Source: Bacillota bacterium
GTDB taxonomy: Bacteria > Bacillota > SHA-98 > UBA4971
Direction: 5' to 3'
DNA: 64,000 bases
Assembly (NCBI GenBank): GCA_012516125.1
Contig: JAAYXB010000027.1
Coordinates: 102,093-166,092, forward strand
The notes beneath the pieces were generated by a model. The model searched no databases. It was not told the origin of the DNA and saw nothing but the letters and a program-made list of their open reading frames with translations. Both the position numbers and the translations under genes were made by a program. Numbering within the stretch: the first letter of the stretch is position 1; the number at the start of each line of letters is the position of its first letter. Of this stretch, positions 1 through 9,520 are shown piece by piece.

Positions 1-290
1 CGGGGATCCGCACCCCGTAGTTGACCACGACGAAGAGATCGACGGCAGCCTCCTTCTCGCCGACCTCCACCTTAACCCCTTTGGACAGGTTCCGGCGCCC
101 GAGCAGCTCAGCTATGCCTCCGGTGATGCCGCCGCTCATGCCGGCTATCCCCTCTACCTCAGTCGCAGCGAGACCTGCGATCACTCCCACAACCTCGCTG
201 GCGATCTTGATACTCCCCAGGCTTTCGTCGGCTCCGTGCGAACGAGCGTCATCATAATATCCCAGATCTCCTGGCTGCATGGCGTCCTGG
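1..290 (-). CDS. Asp23/Gls24 family alkaline-shock-type protein, 3' end truncated by window edge
   Basis: Not in ORF track (no stop in window). My translation of the reverse strand from the ATG at 290 reads MQPGDLGYYDDARSHGADESLGSIKIASEVVGVIAGLAATEVEGIAGMSGGITGGIAELLGRRNLSKGVKVEVGEKEAAVDLFVVVNYGVRIP, a typical Asp23 N-terminal domain. Position after accC matches B. subtilis yqhY. Confidence 0.7.
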
Positions 291-336
291 CCCTCCTTCC
301 GGCTGTATTATACCAGTTCACGTATCTCTTGGCAAA

Positions 337-1704
337 TTAAGGCTCGTCCCCGGCGACAAGAGCCAGAACGTCGTCGTTACAATAGATCGCCGCGTCGCGG
401 AACCGGGAACTGCCTATTAGCCTCCGCTGGAAAGCGACGTTCGTAGAAACACCCTCGATCTCGATCTCCTCCAGCGCCCTTGCCATCCTTTCGATGGCCT
501 CGGTGCGGTCGCGCCCCCACACGGCCACCTTCGCGATAAGCGAGTCGTAATGCGGCGGCACGTCGCAGCCCGCGAAAAGCGCGGTGTCGACCCGGACCCC
601 GGGCCCGCCCGGGAGCAGGAGCGAGGACACCCGGCCGGGCGAGGGCATGAAGTTCCGAGAGGGGTCCTCCGCGTTAATTCTGCATTCGATAGCATGGCCC
701 GAAAGCGTGATATCGTTCTGCGTGACCGCGATGGACTCGCCCGCCGCTATCATGAACTGCGCCTTCACGATGTCGATGCCTGTTACAAGCTCGGTCACGG
801 GGTGCTCCACCTGCACCCTGGTGTTCATTTCCATGAAGTAAAACGCCCCGGATGCGTCCACAAGAAACTCCATGGTGCCGGCATTAGTGTAACCCACGGC
901 GAGGGCGCCCCGCACTGCCGCCTCACCTATGGCCCTTCTCAGCCGCTCGTCCACGGCCGGCGAGGGTGATTCCTCGACGAGCTTCTGGTGCTTCCTCTGC
1001 ACCGAGCAGTCCCGCTCGCCAAGGTGGATCGCGTGCCCGTCCTCGTCCACGAGCACCTGCACCTCGACGTGCCTCGGGCGATCGAGGATCTTCTCGAGGT
1101 AGACTCCTGCCACGCCGAACGCGGCTTCAGCCTCAGCCTGGGCGAACCTGATGGCGGTCACAAGCTCCTGCCTACTCAATGCCGCGCGCATCCCCTTGCC
1201 CCCGCCGCCGGCGGCCGCTTTCACCATGACCGGGAACCCGTATTCCTCCGCGAAGGCCAGCGCCTCTTTCTCGTCCTGTATCACGCCGGGGGTGCCGGGG
1301 ATCACGGGAAGCCCGGCCGCAGCCATCGCCCGTTTCGCCTCGGCTTTGTCCCCCATGACGCTCATGACGCGCGCGCTAGGGCCTATGAATCTTATGTTGT
1401 GAGACTCACAGATCTCGGCGAAATAGGGGTTCTCGGCCAAAAAGCCATAACCCGGATGGATCGCGTCCGCCCCTGATAGCAGCGCTGCGCTGATGATATT
1501 GGGCACGTTCAGGTAGCTCTGAGTGCTGGGCCCTGGGCCTATGCAGTAAGCCTCGTCGGCCAGCCTTGTCGCAAGCGAACCCCGGTCGGCCTCGGAGTAC
1601 ACCGCGACTGTCTTTATGCCAAGCTCCTTCGCTGCTCTTATGATGCGGACCGCGACCTCGCCCCTGTTCGCCACGAGGACCTTCCTGATGGAAAGCTCTG
1701 ACAC
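337..1704 (-). CDS. accC: acetyl-CoA carboxylase biotin carboxylase subunit
   Basis: ATP-grasp biotin carboxylase sequence ([37 protein letters not shown]...). Start moved from the ORF-track M to a GTG at 1704, preceded by AGGAGGT; the upstream 65 aa of the ORF is GC-artefact extension. Confidence 0.9.
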   Translation of the reverse strand: MSELSIRKVLVANRGEVAVRIIRAAKELGIKTVAVYSEADRGSLATRLADEAYCIGPGPSTQSYLNVPNIISAALLSGADAIHPGYGFLAENPYFAEICESHNIRFIGPSARVMSVMGDKAEAKRAMAAAGLPVIPGTPGVIQDEKEALAFAEEYGFPVMVKAAAGGGGKGMRAALSRQELVTAIRFAQAEAEAAFGVAGVYLEKILDRPRHVEVQVLVDEDGHAIHLGERDCSVQRKHQKLVEESPSPAVDERLRRAIGEAAVRGALAVGYTNAGTMEFLVDASGAFYFMEMNTRVQVEHPVTELVTGIDIVKAQFMIAAGESIAVTQNDITLSGHAIECRINAEDPSRNFMPSPGRVSSLLLPGGPGVRVDTALFAGCDVPPHYDSLIAKVAVWGRDRTEAIERMARALEEIEIEGVSTNVAFQRRLIGSSRFRDAAIYCNDDVLALVAGDEP

Positions 1705-1766
1705 GCCGTACCTCCTGCGATTTTCGATGCAGCATGTATGAATTGCAGCAACCCTGGCCTTAGAAC

Positions 1767-2255
1767 TCAGAGAGCCTCGAGGACGAAGAGGGGCTGACCG
1801 TACTCCACGGGCTCGGCGTTCTCCACCAGGATCTCCACGACCCTGCCCCTCACCTCGGCCTGTATCTCGTTCATGATCTTCATGGCTTCGATGATGCACA
1901 CCACCTGCCCTGGGGAGACCACATCCCCGATCTCGACATAAGGCTCCGCATCGGGGGCGGGTGCCCTGTAGAATGTGCCCACCATAGGGGCAGGAATCGT
2001 GATGTGGTTGTCGCGGGCTGTCACCTCTGCCCTGGCTTGCGGTGCCGCCTCAGCGAACGTGGTTTTCTCCTGCGGCGGAGCCTCGGGCTGGACGACCTCC
2101 CGTCCTTGCTGGGCGCTGGTTGGCGCGCCCGCCCGCTTCAATTTGACAGACACTCCATCCGTGGTAACCTCGATCTCCGCGATGTCATGGGCGTTCATTA
2201 TCTTCGCGAGCCCGGCGATCTCGCGTCGCAGTTCTTTGAGTCCCAACTCTTGCAG
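1767..2255 (-). CDS. accB: biotin carboxyl carrier protein
   Basis: C-terminal biotinyl domain with the EAMKIMNEI motif. True start probably internal ([16 protein letters not shown]...), about 2255; start uncertain. Confidence 0.85.
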   Translation of the reverse strand: MQELGLKELRREIAGLAKIMNAHDIAEIEVTTDGVSVKLKRAGAPTSAQQGREVVQPEAPPQEKTTFAEAAPQARAEVTARDNHITIPAPMVGTFYRAPAPDAEPYVEIGDVVSPGQVVCIIEAMKIMNEIQAEVRGRVVEILVENAEPVEYGQPLFVLEAL

Positions 2256-2519
2256 CCTGCCTTCCCTGAAACTGGATGAATATACGCATTTATAGCCTTC
2301 CCGGCAACTGGAACCACTAACCACGGGGGTCGCGCCGGGGTTCCGGGCTATGCCTTGGTATATTCACCACAAGTATCGCGTTTCCTGCTTCGGCCACCCC
2401 GTGTCGGGCGCGGGCGGGCTGGCACGGGGGACTACTTTGTCATGTCACGAGTCGCCCGGCCGGACCGGTCCGTCGCCAAGCCCACGAGACCGGGGCATTT
2501 CGTATCTGACAAGGTAGGA

Positions 2520-3209
2520 CTAATCCCCCCGTTCGATTATGGTTATGTTGGCGAGCTCAAGTCCCAGGCACCTTGCCACGATGTCCCCGATTTGCTCGGC
2601 ATCGGACCGTGTCAGCTCGGGCCCTGACACAACCACATCGCAGGTGTCGCCGCGCACAAACACGAGAGCGTCCTTGTAGCCTCTCGCGCGTATGAGCGCT
2701 TCTGCCTCCGCCTCGGCCTCGGTCTTCTTCGACAGATCCACAAGCTGCGTGCTGGCAGCGGCCCGGGCCTCCTCGGACGCCCTTTCGTCGGCTATGATCT
2801 GCCGGAGAAGCTCGATATCCCTGGACCGCGCGCGACTGCGCTCAAGGCGGTACTCAGAAAAGAAGTCTTCACCGGTGACATCGGCGCCTGCCACGGTCGC
2901 GCCATTCCCCGTCGGCGCAGTGGCGGCCCGCTGGGTCGGGGTTTGCGCCGGTGTTGGGGTAGCCGTCCCTGCCTGAGTCTGGCTCTGGACCCCGGTCCCA
3001 GGGCCGGCATGTGTGGCAGCGGGCGAGCCACCGCCTGCCGAGCCACCGCTTCCCGTGGCGGCCGGCTGCGCATCGCCGCCTGCTGCGAGATCGATCCCCT
3101 TTTCCAGCGGCGCCTGGACATTCCTCGTGCCTATGAGCACCCCCAGCACCACCGCGATCACCACCATCAACGCGAAACCAGATCTCGCCCTGTCCTTCAT
3201 GAGCGTCAC
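2520..3209 (-). CDS. spoIIIAH: stage III sporulation protein AH
   Basis: N-terminal signal-anchor, then an acidic linker and a C-terminal YscJ/FliF-like region (EAEALIRARGYKDALVFVRGDTCDVVVSGPELT). Last gene of the spoIIIA operon, as in Bacillus. Confidence 0.8.
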   Translation of the reverse strand: MTLMKDRARSGFALMVVIAVVLGVLIGTRNVQAPLEKGIDLAAGGDAQPAATGSGGSAGGGSPAATHAGPGTGVQSQTQAGTATPTPAQTPTQRAATAPTGNGATVAGADVTGEDFFSEYRLERSRARSRDIELLRQIIADERASEEARAAASTQLVDLSKKTEAEAEAEALIRARGYKDALVFVRGDTCDVVVSGPELTRSDAEQIGDIVARCLGLELANITIIERGD

Positions 3210-3872
3210 CTACCTCTGTCTCGGCAATACCGCAACCTTGTGCGGCGGTATGTCAAGGACGGTCGCAACGGCCTCGGTAAGAGCGCTCCTCACGCGAGCA
3301 TCTCTCGCGCCATCTGAGACCACGAGCACCCCCTGGACCCTCGGTTCGAGCACGTTGCGGACCACGGGCACCGTGTACCCGCTTCCCCGCTCCTGCGTGG
3401 TAACCACCTCTCCGCTCGTTCTGACCTCCGTCGTCTCTCTCCTCACCCCTCCGGAGTCATGCTCCTTCGTGGTGCTCTCCTCGCGGGTGGCATTCTCGGC
3501 ATACTCATACATGCGTCCGGTTGCAAAGGTGAGCTTGACGCTTACCCTGCCGGCCCCTTCGACCTGACGAAGGACCTCCTCGAGCCTGCGTTCAAGGTAT
3601 GACTCGTGAGATCCAAGCACATCTAACGCCTCCGTTCCGGGCCCGGCGGCAACTGGCGCGGCTCCGTCTGTCGCCCCAGGGCGGAGCATGCCAGGAGTCC
3701 CGGACGGGCTCTGCAGCCTCGGCGAGAATCCGATGATTAGAAGGAGGACGCCCACGAGGCCGACAAGGATGAGCCATCCGATCTTGCGGATCTGCGGGGC
3801 CTTGAGGCCGCCGCCCGCTTCATCCCTACCTTCCAGCAGCTTCGCGATGACGTCCATGATGCCTTGGGCCAC
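3210..3872 (-). CDS. spoIIIAG: stage III sporulation protein AG
   Basis: N-terminal TM segment, then a FlgP-like C-terminal domain (VSVKLTFATGRMYEYAENATREES...VLVVSDGARDARV). Position between AF and AH. Confidence 0.8.
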   Translation of the reverse strand: MAQGIMDVIAKLLEGRDEAGGGLKAPQIRKIGWLILVGLVGVLLLIIGFSPRLQSPSGTPGMLRPGATDGAAPVAAGPGTEALDVLGSHESYLERRLEEVLRQVEGAGRVSVKLTFATGRMYEYAENATREESTTKEHDSGGVRRETTEVRTSGEVVTTQERGSGYTVPVVRNVLEPRVQGVLVVSDGARDARVRSALTEAVATVLDIPPHKVAVLPRQR

Positions 3873-3892
3873 GTCAGGTCACCTCGCATGAT

Positions 3893-4609
3893 CTACCCAC
3901 GCACCTCGACAACAACGGGGATGTCTCCCGCGAGGCCGTAGAAATCCCGTACGGCGCGCTCCACCCGTGCCGCGAGCACGGTCTCCGCCACGCCCTCCCC
4001 GTCCGGGGCATCCTGGTCTGCGACCATGCCCGCGCCGTTGCCCTGTTCCTGCCCGTGCACCTGTCCCTGTCCCTGTCCCTGTCCCTCTCCCTCTCCCTCT
4101 CCCCCTCCCCCTCCCTTTCCCTGTCTTTGCCTCTGGTCGCTACCGCGTTCGCCTTCGGGGGAACGAGTTTGCCAGCGGGCTGAGGTGACCCGCACGACCA
4201 CGCGGATTCCGGATAGATCCCCCGAAGGCGCCAGGTCCACCCGGGCGTCCACTGCCTCAGCACCCGAGGCGAGGCGAGCGAGGGACTCGACCTGTCTTTC
4301 GAGGCGTGTGCGGACGTCCCGGCTCGCTATCTCCAGCCCGGCCTGGGCTATCCTGTTCCCTTCTGCCGCGTAGTCATGCCGCCCGCCGCCTGCAGCTTCG
4401 GACAGGTCCGGAATCGAAGGCGTTGCGAGAGCCTCCTCCACAGAGGAAAGGTCCACGAGGGACCCCAGGATGATCGCCACCAGCACAAGGCCGATGACGA
4501 CCCTCGCGAACTTGCGGAGATCGTTCCGTGGAAGCAGCATCTCCGCGAACGCGAGGATGAGCGCCATGACCGCGAGATCCCGCACCCACCCGGATATGGC
4601 GTCTATCAT
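3893..4609 (-). CDS. spoIIIAF: stage III sporulation protein AF
   Basis: Two N-terminal TM helices (MIDAISGWVRDLAVMALILAFAEMLLP...) as in SpoIIIAF, operon position. Carries a GEGEGQGQGQ low-complexity insert encoded by a hexanucleotide tract around 4040-4140. Confidence 0.75.
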   Translation of the reverse strand: MIDAISGWVRDLAVMALILAFAEMLLPRNDLRKFARVVIGLVLVAIILGSLVDLSSVEEALATPSIPDLSEAAGGGRHDYAAEGNRIAQAGLEIASRDVRTRLERQVESLARLASGAEAVDARVDLAPSGDLSGIRVVVRVTSARWQTRSPEGERGSDQRQRQGKGGGGGEGEGEGQGQGQGQVHGQEQGNGAGMVADQDAPDGEGVAETVLAARVERAVRDFYGLAGDIPVVVEVRG

Positions 4610-4636
4610 CTCACGCCACCTCTTACGCCGTCTCGC

Positions 4637-5872
4637 CTACCTCATCGCGGCCGTCAAATTGGCAAGGCCGGCCACCACGGTCATGGCCGCGATGAACGCG
4701 AACGCCGACACGGCCAGGGACACAAGGACCATGACGAGCGTGTTGCCAAGGGCCCCGAGGCAGCGCGCCAGCTGCTCGTCGCCCATGGGCTGCACCACAG
4801 CGCCGGCTACTTTGTACATGGCCGCCACGGCGAAGATCTTCGCAGCAGGGACCAGACATATCATGAACACCCCGAGAAGACCGACCACCGTAAGACCGCT
4901 CTGGATGAGCACGGAGCAGCTTGCGACCATGGCGACGGCGTCGGAGAACATCTTCCCGACCACAGGGATGAACGTCCCAGAGACGAACTTCGCCGCCCGG
5001 ATCGACAGGGTGTCGGTAACGGCCGCCCCGACACCCCGCACGGCCATCACACCCACGAACAGCGTCATGAACCCGCCGAGCGCCGCCACTGCCCCATCGC
5101 GCAGGAGGGCCGACAGGCGCGTGAGCTGGACGCGTTCGGTGATCATGCTGGTCACCTCCAGCACCGCCGAGAGGAATATCAGCGGGAACACGAGGTTGTT
5201 CACGAAGCCGCTCGTGGCCCCGGCGGCAGCCACCACCGCGGGGCTCATCACCGCCGCCGACGTAACCCCTCCGGCCGCTGCGAGCAGGGCAAAGAGCAGG
5301 GGCGTTGCGGAGTGGACGAACGAGGTCATCCTGTCAACGGCGGCCGTTGCGGCCCGCGTGGTCACGAGGAAGCTGTTTATAGCCATCACAGCCAGCACCA
5401 TGAAACACGCGGCCCGGGCGATCCCCGTAGCCTGCTCCGCCCCCAGGCCCGACGCAAACTCCGAGAGCACCGAGCACATCACCGCAAGCACTATGAGCTG
5501 CCCGAGAAGGGCGAGGCTTGCCCGCACTTCGGCTGCGACCAGTCTCACGATACCCGCCGCAATCCTCCCGGGCTCGAGCCGATCCGCCGCGCCCCGCGGT
5601 GCCTTCAGCATTGCGGCAAGGTCGAGCTCGGGGAAAAACTCCTTGACGTCCGCGTCCACGTCCCGCAGGAAGCTTTCAAGGGCTGCCGTGTCCATGGCGT
5701 CCATCTGCGCCCTTACGATGTCGTCCGGGGACGCAGGGCGGCCCGGCTGCGAACCCGAGGAGGCGGCAGCGGCTTCCTGCGCCATGGGGGCCTGGGCTGA
5801 TGTGGTCGCTCTCGCTCCGTCGAGCCATGCGGCGACCGCCAGCATCAGGACCATCAGTAGCGCGACGGACAT
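4637..5872 (-). CDS. spoIIIAE: stage III sporulation protein AE
   Basis: Polytopic membrane protein that aligns along its length with B. subtilis SpoIIIAE (PLLFALLAAAGGVTSAAV..., VTDTLSIRAAKFVSGTFIPVVGKMFSDA). Start set at internal ATG 5872 (MSVALLMVLML signal peptide); the ORF-track N-terminal 54 aa is likely artefact. Confidence 0.85.
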   Translation of the reverse strand: MSVALLMVLMLAVAAWLDGARATTSAQAPMAQEAAAASSGSQPGRPASPDDIVRAQMDAMDTAALESFLRDVDADVKEFFPELDLAAMLKAPRGAADRLEPGRIAAGIVRLVAAEVRASLALLGQLIVLAVMCSVLSEFASGLGAEQATGIARAACFMVLAVMAINSFLVTTRAATAAVDRMTSFVHSATPLLFALLAAAGGVTSAAVMSPAVVAAAGATSGFVNNLVFPLIFLSAVLEVTSMITERVQLTRLSALLRDGAVAALGGFMTLFVGVMAVRGVGAAVTDTLSIRAAKFVSGTFIPVVGKMFSDAVAMVASCSVLIQSGLTVVGLLGVFMICLVPAAKIFAVAAMYKVAGAVVQPMGDEQLARCLGALGNTLVMVLVSLAVSAFAFIAAMTVVAGLANLTAAMR

Positions 5873-6168
5873 CCATGTTACCGCGGGCGCGCGGCCCCCG
5901 GGACCGCGGCATGTCCGCGCCGTCCGTCGAGCTTCCAAGCGGGTCAGACGGGCTACTGGGCGGCGATGCAGGTTTTCTGGGGCAAGCTGTTCGCGCATCA
6001 CAGGCATCCTTTCTGAGCCGGCAGGCTGGCTCAAGGCCCCGCTTCTCGGCCACGCTCCTCCAGGGATCCTCTCCCAGCCACGCCTCCTTTAGAGCCCTTC
6101 CAGGGCGGCAGCCCCTTCGCTTGCCTCCTTGGACCCCGCCAGGACGTCCAGGTTTCCGGCTCGCCAAG

Positions 6169-6579
6169 TTACCTCAGAAAACGTGTGATCGTCTCGAGCA
6201 CGGCAACGAGCACCGGGAGCGCCATGACGAGTATCATCACCTTGCCCGCGAACTCGAGCTTAGTCGCTATGGCGCCCTCGCCCGCGTCCCGGCACACCTC
6301 CGCCCCGAACCCGGCGAGGTACGCAACGCCGATCACCTTCAGGACCGCGGTGAAATACACATTGCCCGACCTGGTTCTTGACGCGAGATCGGTGAGGGCG
6401 CGCACGAGATAGCTGATGTGCCCGAGCATGGCCGCGAACACTATCACGCCCGTCACGATGCTGAGCCAGATGGCCATCTCCGGCCGCTGGGACCGGAGGA
6501 GCACCACGAGGACGGTCGCCATCACGCACACAGCAAGCACCTTAGCGATATCCAAGGCCCGCACCCCGCACTGCCGCAT
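6169..6579 (-). CDS. spoIIIAD: stage III sporulation protein AD
   Basis: Small 4-TM protein; C-terminal AVLKVIGVAYLAGFGAEVCRDAGEGAIATKLEFAGKVMILVMALPVL matches the SpoIIIAD signature. Exact start uncertain. Confidence 0.8.
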   Translation of the reverse strand: MRQCGVRALDIAKVLAVCVMATVLVVLLRSQRPEMAIWLSIVTGVIVFAAMLGHISYLVRALTDLASRTRSGNVYFTAVLKVIGVAYLAGFGAEVCRDAGEGAIATKLEFAGKVMILVMALPVLVAVLETITRFLR

Positions 6580-6585
6580 TCCAGG

Positions 6586-6786
6586 CTACCAGAGCCTGAA
6601 CACGGTGAGGATGTCATCCAGAAGCTCCTTGAACTGAAGGAGCGCAACGCCGAACACCAGGGCGGCGCCGATGACCGTGGCGGCCCAGGCGAAGTCCTTC
6701 CTGCCCACCTGCTCGAAGATGAGGGCAACGACGATGGAGATGATGCCTATCCCGGCGACCTTGAAGACGATGTCTATGCCCGGCAT
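6586..6786 (-). CDS. spoIIIAC: stage III sporulation protein AC
   Basis: About 67-aa two-TM protein (MPGIDIVFKVAGIGIISIVVALIFEQVGRKDFAWAATVIGAALVF). Start set at internal ATG 6786. Confidence 0.8.
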   Translation of the reverse strand: MPGIDIVFKVAGIGIISIVVALIFEQVGRKDFAWAATVIGAALVFGVALLQFKELLDDILTVFRLW

Positions 6787-6841
6787 TCCGTCATCTCCCT
6801 TCATCAGCGAGGGCCGGCGCCCGGTCCTGGCAGCCTGCGGC

Positions 6842-7357
6842 TCAGTACAAGAGAAGGGCTACCATAGCGCCCACGGTCACGCCGAGATACCGCCACATCC
6901 TCGCCATGCGCTCCGCCTCATCCCGCGCTCTGACCTCGTTTGCGCGAAGTCGCTCGCGCGCGAGGGCCAGGTGTCGGAGCTGGTCCTCGGCGCCGCACGC
7001 CCCGAGGGTCTCTCCGAACGCGAGCAGCGCGTCGCGGTCCTCGGGCGCGAGGGCCGACCACGCGTAGACGCGGTGCACCGCCGTCTGCCAGGCTTCGCTG
7101 GGCAGAGGTTCGGAAGACCTGATGAGATCCGCCGCAAGACGGAATATCCGCGTTCCTACGCCACGGCGAGTGCCGTATGCGCGCACCAGGGCATCAGCCA
7201 GCGGCGTCCTCGCGTAGGAAATCTCCGTCTCCAGCACGGCAAGGGCCGACGCTATCTCGGCAAGTTGGCGGGGGCGCTCGGAATAGTTCCTTGCCACTGT
7301 GTTTCCGATGAGGGTGGCGGACCCCACAACAAGGGCCGCGCCGAGGAGCTTCACCAC
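6842..7357 (-). CDS. spoIIIAB: stage III sporulation protein AB
   Basis: VKLLGAALVVGSATLIGNTVARNYSERPRQLAEI... aligns with the B. subtilis SpoIIIAB N-terminus (MLKLLGAVFIVV...YTERPRQIRQL). GTG start at 7357 with GGAGG 8 nt upstream. The ORF-track upstream extension (Gly/Ala-rich) is likely non-coding. Confidence 0.8.
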   Translation of the reverse strand: MVKLLGAALVVGSATLIGNTVARNYSERPRQLAEIASALAVLETEISYARTPLADALVRAYGTRRGVGTRIFRLAADLIRSSEPLPSEAWQTAVHRVYAWSALAPEDRDALLAFGETLGACGAEDQLRHLALARERLRANEVRARDEAERMARMWRYLGVTVGAMVALLLY

Positions 7358-7620
7358 AGGACTCGCCTCCTCACGGCGCTCCACCGGGCCCGGAGTCTCA
7401 GCTGCACCCCCAACCCCAGCTCTGACCGCAGGTCCACGTCCGCTACGACATTCAGCTCTGCCTTCAGCACCAGCACCAGCACCAGCTTCGGCTCTGGCTC
7501 CTGCTCTGGCTCCGGTTCCAGCCGTTCCCAGGCGTGTAACCAGCGGTTGTAGCCGGACCACGCTAGGCAGAGGGTCGCAGGTCTGGCCCGGGGTTGGGCG
7601 TTGCCGCGACTATCCCGATC

Positions 7621-8631
7621 CTACCGGGAAGAGCGGGCAACCAGGGTCTTCCCACTCCGTAGGTCGAGAACGGTCTCGAGCGTGCCCGGGCCATGGGCGG
7701 AGCTCAGGGTCACCACTCTCTCGAACATCTGCGCCTCGAATAGGCACCTGAGCGCGGGGCGCCTCGCGACGTCTTCCAGCGCCTCCCCGTGGGCCGTCGC
7801 CACGATGCTCACCCCGGCGTTCATGGCCTCTCGGACAGCCACCGCGTCCTCCTCCCTGCCGATCTCATCTGTAACCACGAGATCCGGCGACATGGATCTC
7901 ACGAGCATGATCAGGCCTGCGGCCTTGGGGCAGGCGTCAAGGACGTCGGTTCGCAGGCCCACGGTGTTCTGAGGGACCCCGCCGTAGCAGGCCGCTATCT
8001 CTGAGCGCTCGTCGACGATTCCAACGCGTAGGCCCGCAAGGCCAAGCGACGGGATCCCCTCGCTTGCCTGTCGGGCTATGTCGCGTAAGAGCGTTGTCTT
8101 GCCGCAGCGCGGGGGTGAGACGATGAGCGTGTGGAAGAGACGGTTGCGGGACTTGATAAGGTATGGCATGACCAGGTCAGCCGCGCCCAGCACTTCACGG
8201 GATATCCTGATGCAGAAACCTGAGACGTCCTTGATGACTTTGACGATGCCGTCGTGTACCACAGCTCGCCCCACGATTCCCACCCTGTGGCCGCCCCGCA
8301 GCGTAACGTAGCCCTGGCGGATCTCGTCCTCGTAGGAGTAAACAGACGAGCCCACCATGAGCTGAAGCGCGACGAGCGTCTCCTGGTCGCTGAGGATGTA
8401 GCCTTCGTCCGGCCCGGGTGCGACCCCGCCCCGGGACGAAACGAACACCTCGTCGTCCCCGGCAACCAGCATCACCGGGCGGCCCCGGCGCAGGCGGATC
8501 TCGTGGGTACTCGCAAGCAGCTCCGCCGGCAGCATCTGGATTGCCGATCGCAGCTTGGCGGGAAGGCAGGGCAGGATCTCGTCCACGATCACCTCGTTGA
8601 TCGGCCTTCCGCGTCGTCCTTCCGAGAGCAA
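7621..8631 (-). CDS. spoIIIAA: stage III sporulation protein AA (AAA+ ATPase)
   Basis: Walker A (SPPRCGKTTLLRDIAR) and extensive similarity to SpoIIIAA (GYVTLRGGHRVGIVGR, IVDERSEIAACYGGVPQN, DVLDACPKAAGLIMLVRSMSP). First gene of the operon. Confidence 0.9.
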   Translation of the reverse strand: MLSEGRRGRPINEVIVDEILPCLPAKLRSAIQMLPAELLASTHEIRLRRGRPVMLVAGDDEVFVSSRGGVAPGPDEGYILSDQETLVALQLMVGSSVYSYEDEIRQGYVTLRGGHRVGIVGRAVVHDGIVKVIKDVSGFCIRISREVLGAADLVMPYLIKSRNRLFHTLIVSPPRCGKTTLLRDIARQASEGIPSLGLAGLRVGIVDERSEIAACYGGVPQNTVGLRTDVLDACPKAAGLIMLVRSMSPDLVVTDEIGREEDAVAVREAMNAGVSIVATAHGEALEDVARRPALRCLFEAQMFERVVTLSSAHGPGTLETVLDLRSGKTLVARSSR

Positions 8632-8654
8632 GGCACGTCCCCCCCCCCTCTTGT

Positions 8655-8692
8655 AACCATGCTTATGCGAGGGCGGGGGTTTTATGACAAAT
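8655..8692 (-). promoter_or_regulatory. candidate sigma-E-type promoter for the spoIIIA operon
   Basis: The reverse strand reads TCATAAAA-13 nt-CATAAGCAT. This loosely resembles the ATATT / CATACA-T sigma-E elements and sits between the efp terminator and the spoIIIAA start. Weak match. Confidence 0.25.
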
Positions 8693-8697
8693 TGAAT

Positions 8698-8728
8698 GCG
8701 GAGATGGCAAGCGAATTACCATCTCCGC
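8698..8728 (-). terminator. putative efp intrinsic terminator
   Basis: On the transcribed strand: GCGGAGAUGG-UAAUUCGCUUG-CCAUCUCCGC (10-bp perfect stem) followed by AUUCAAUUUGUCAUAAAAC, about 65 nt after the efp stop. Confidence 0.45.
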
Positions 8729-8793
8729 GGCAGGCCTTGTCATGATCTCCAGCAGGATGTGCGGCGGCACACAGTGGGATCCTGGAAAACCCT

Positions 8794-9351
8794 TCAGACT
8801 CGCTCCAGGTACTGACCGGTGCGTGTGTCCACCCTGATGACATCGCCGACGTTCACGAAGAGAGGCACCTGAACCACGGCGCCCGTCTCGAGGGTGGCAG
8901 GCTTGGACCCACCTGTCGCGGTGTCGCCGCGTAGGCCTGGGTCGGTGTCGACCACGGCAAGCTCCACGAAGTTGGGAAGCTCCACCCCGATAGGCGCGCC
9001 CTCGTACATCTGCACGCCGATGACCATGTTCTCCTTCAGGTACTTCTTTGCGTCGCCAAGCGTTTCGTTGCTCAGGACGAGCTGTTCGTACGTGGACGTA
9101 TCCATGAAATAGTTGTCGTCGCCCGAGCTATAGAGATACTGCATCTCCCGGTAGTCTATGTGAGCCCGTGGGAGCTTCTCGCCTGCCCGGAAGGTCCTCT
9201 CTATGACATACCCGGTCTTGACGTTCTTGAGCCTGGAACGGACGAACGCGGAGCCCTTGCCGGGCTTCACGTGCTGGAAGTCCACGACGGTGTAGACCTC
9301 GCCGTCGAGCTCAATGGTAAGGCCTGTGTGAAAGTCGTTGGTTGATATCAT
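8794..9351 (-). CDS. efp: elongation factor P
   Basis: [47 protein letters not shown] is the canonical EF-P N-terminus. Start moved to ATG 9351. Confidence 0.9.
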   Translation of the reverse strand: MISTNDFHTGLTIELDGEVYTVVDFQHVKPGKGSAFVRSRLKNVKTGYVIERTFRAGEKLPRAHIDYREMQYLYSSGDDNYFMDTSTYEQLVLSNETLGDAKKYLKENMVIGVQMYEGAPIGVELPNFVELAVVDTDPGLRGDTATGGSKPATLETGAVVQVPLFVNVGDVIRVDTRTGQYLERV

Positions 9352-9520
9352 GCACCCACCCCCGAACTGGATCAAATACACATGTAATTCGCGCCGTCTC
9401 TAGATTATCCTCTCTCGTCGGCGGATATTTGGTGCATCGGCTGGTGCATCGGCGGCGAATGTTTTATGGTGCGCGCGGTTGCACGTCCGTATCGAGCTGG
9501 ACCTCGATGTCCGAGCGGAA

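Noticed and set aside
21-257. Plus-strand ORF 21-257 (78 aa, Pro/Thr/Ser-rich)
   Set aside because: It is the antisense frame of the Asp23-family gene that I translated on the minus strand (1-290).
337-1899. N-terminal extensions of many ORF-track proteins (accC, purB, pyrC, pyrF, pilN, Ca-ATPase, HIT, rpoZ)
   Set aside because: The extensions lack homology and are Arg/Gly/Pro-rich. Internal starts have RBSs (GGAGG-type) and align with ortholog N-termini, so I trimmed them.
4040-4140. Short tandem repeat tracts considered as possible CRISPR arrays
   Set aside because: Units are 6-nt microsatellites within coding sequence with no spacers. No CRISPR-like repeat-spacer architecture and no cas genes were found anywhere in the window.
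4376-6092. Long plus-strand ORFs 4376-5800 and 4470-6092 (474-540 aa) overlapping spoIIIAE/AF
   Set aside because: They are antisense to well-supported genes, Arg/His/Pro-rich or Ala/Thr/Ser-rich, and have no motifs. Such ORFs are expected in GC-rich DNA because stop codons are rare in non-coding frames. The same applies to 19696-20619, 24693-25964, 26965-28716, 40195-41926 and 46579-47823 among others.
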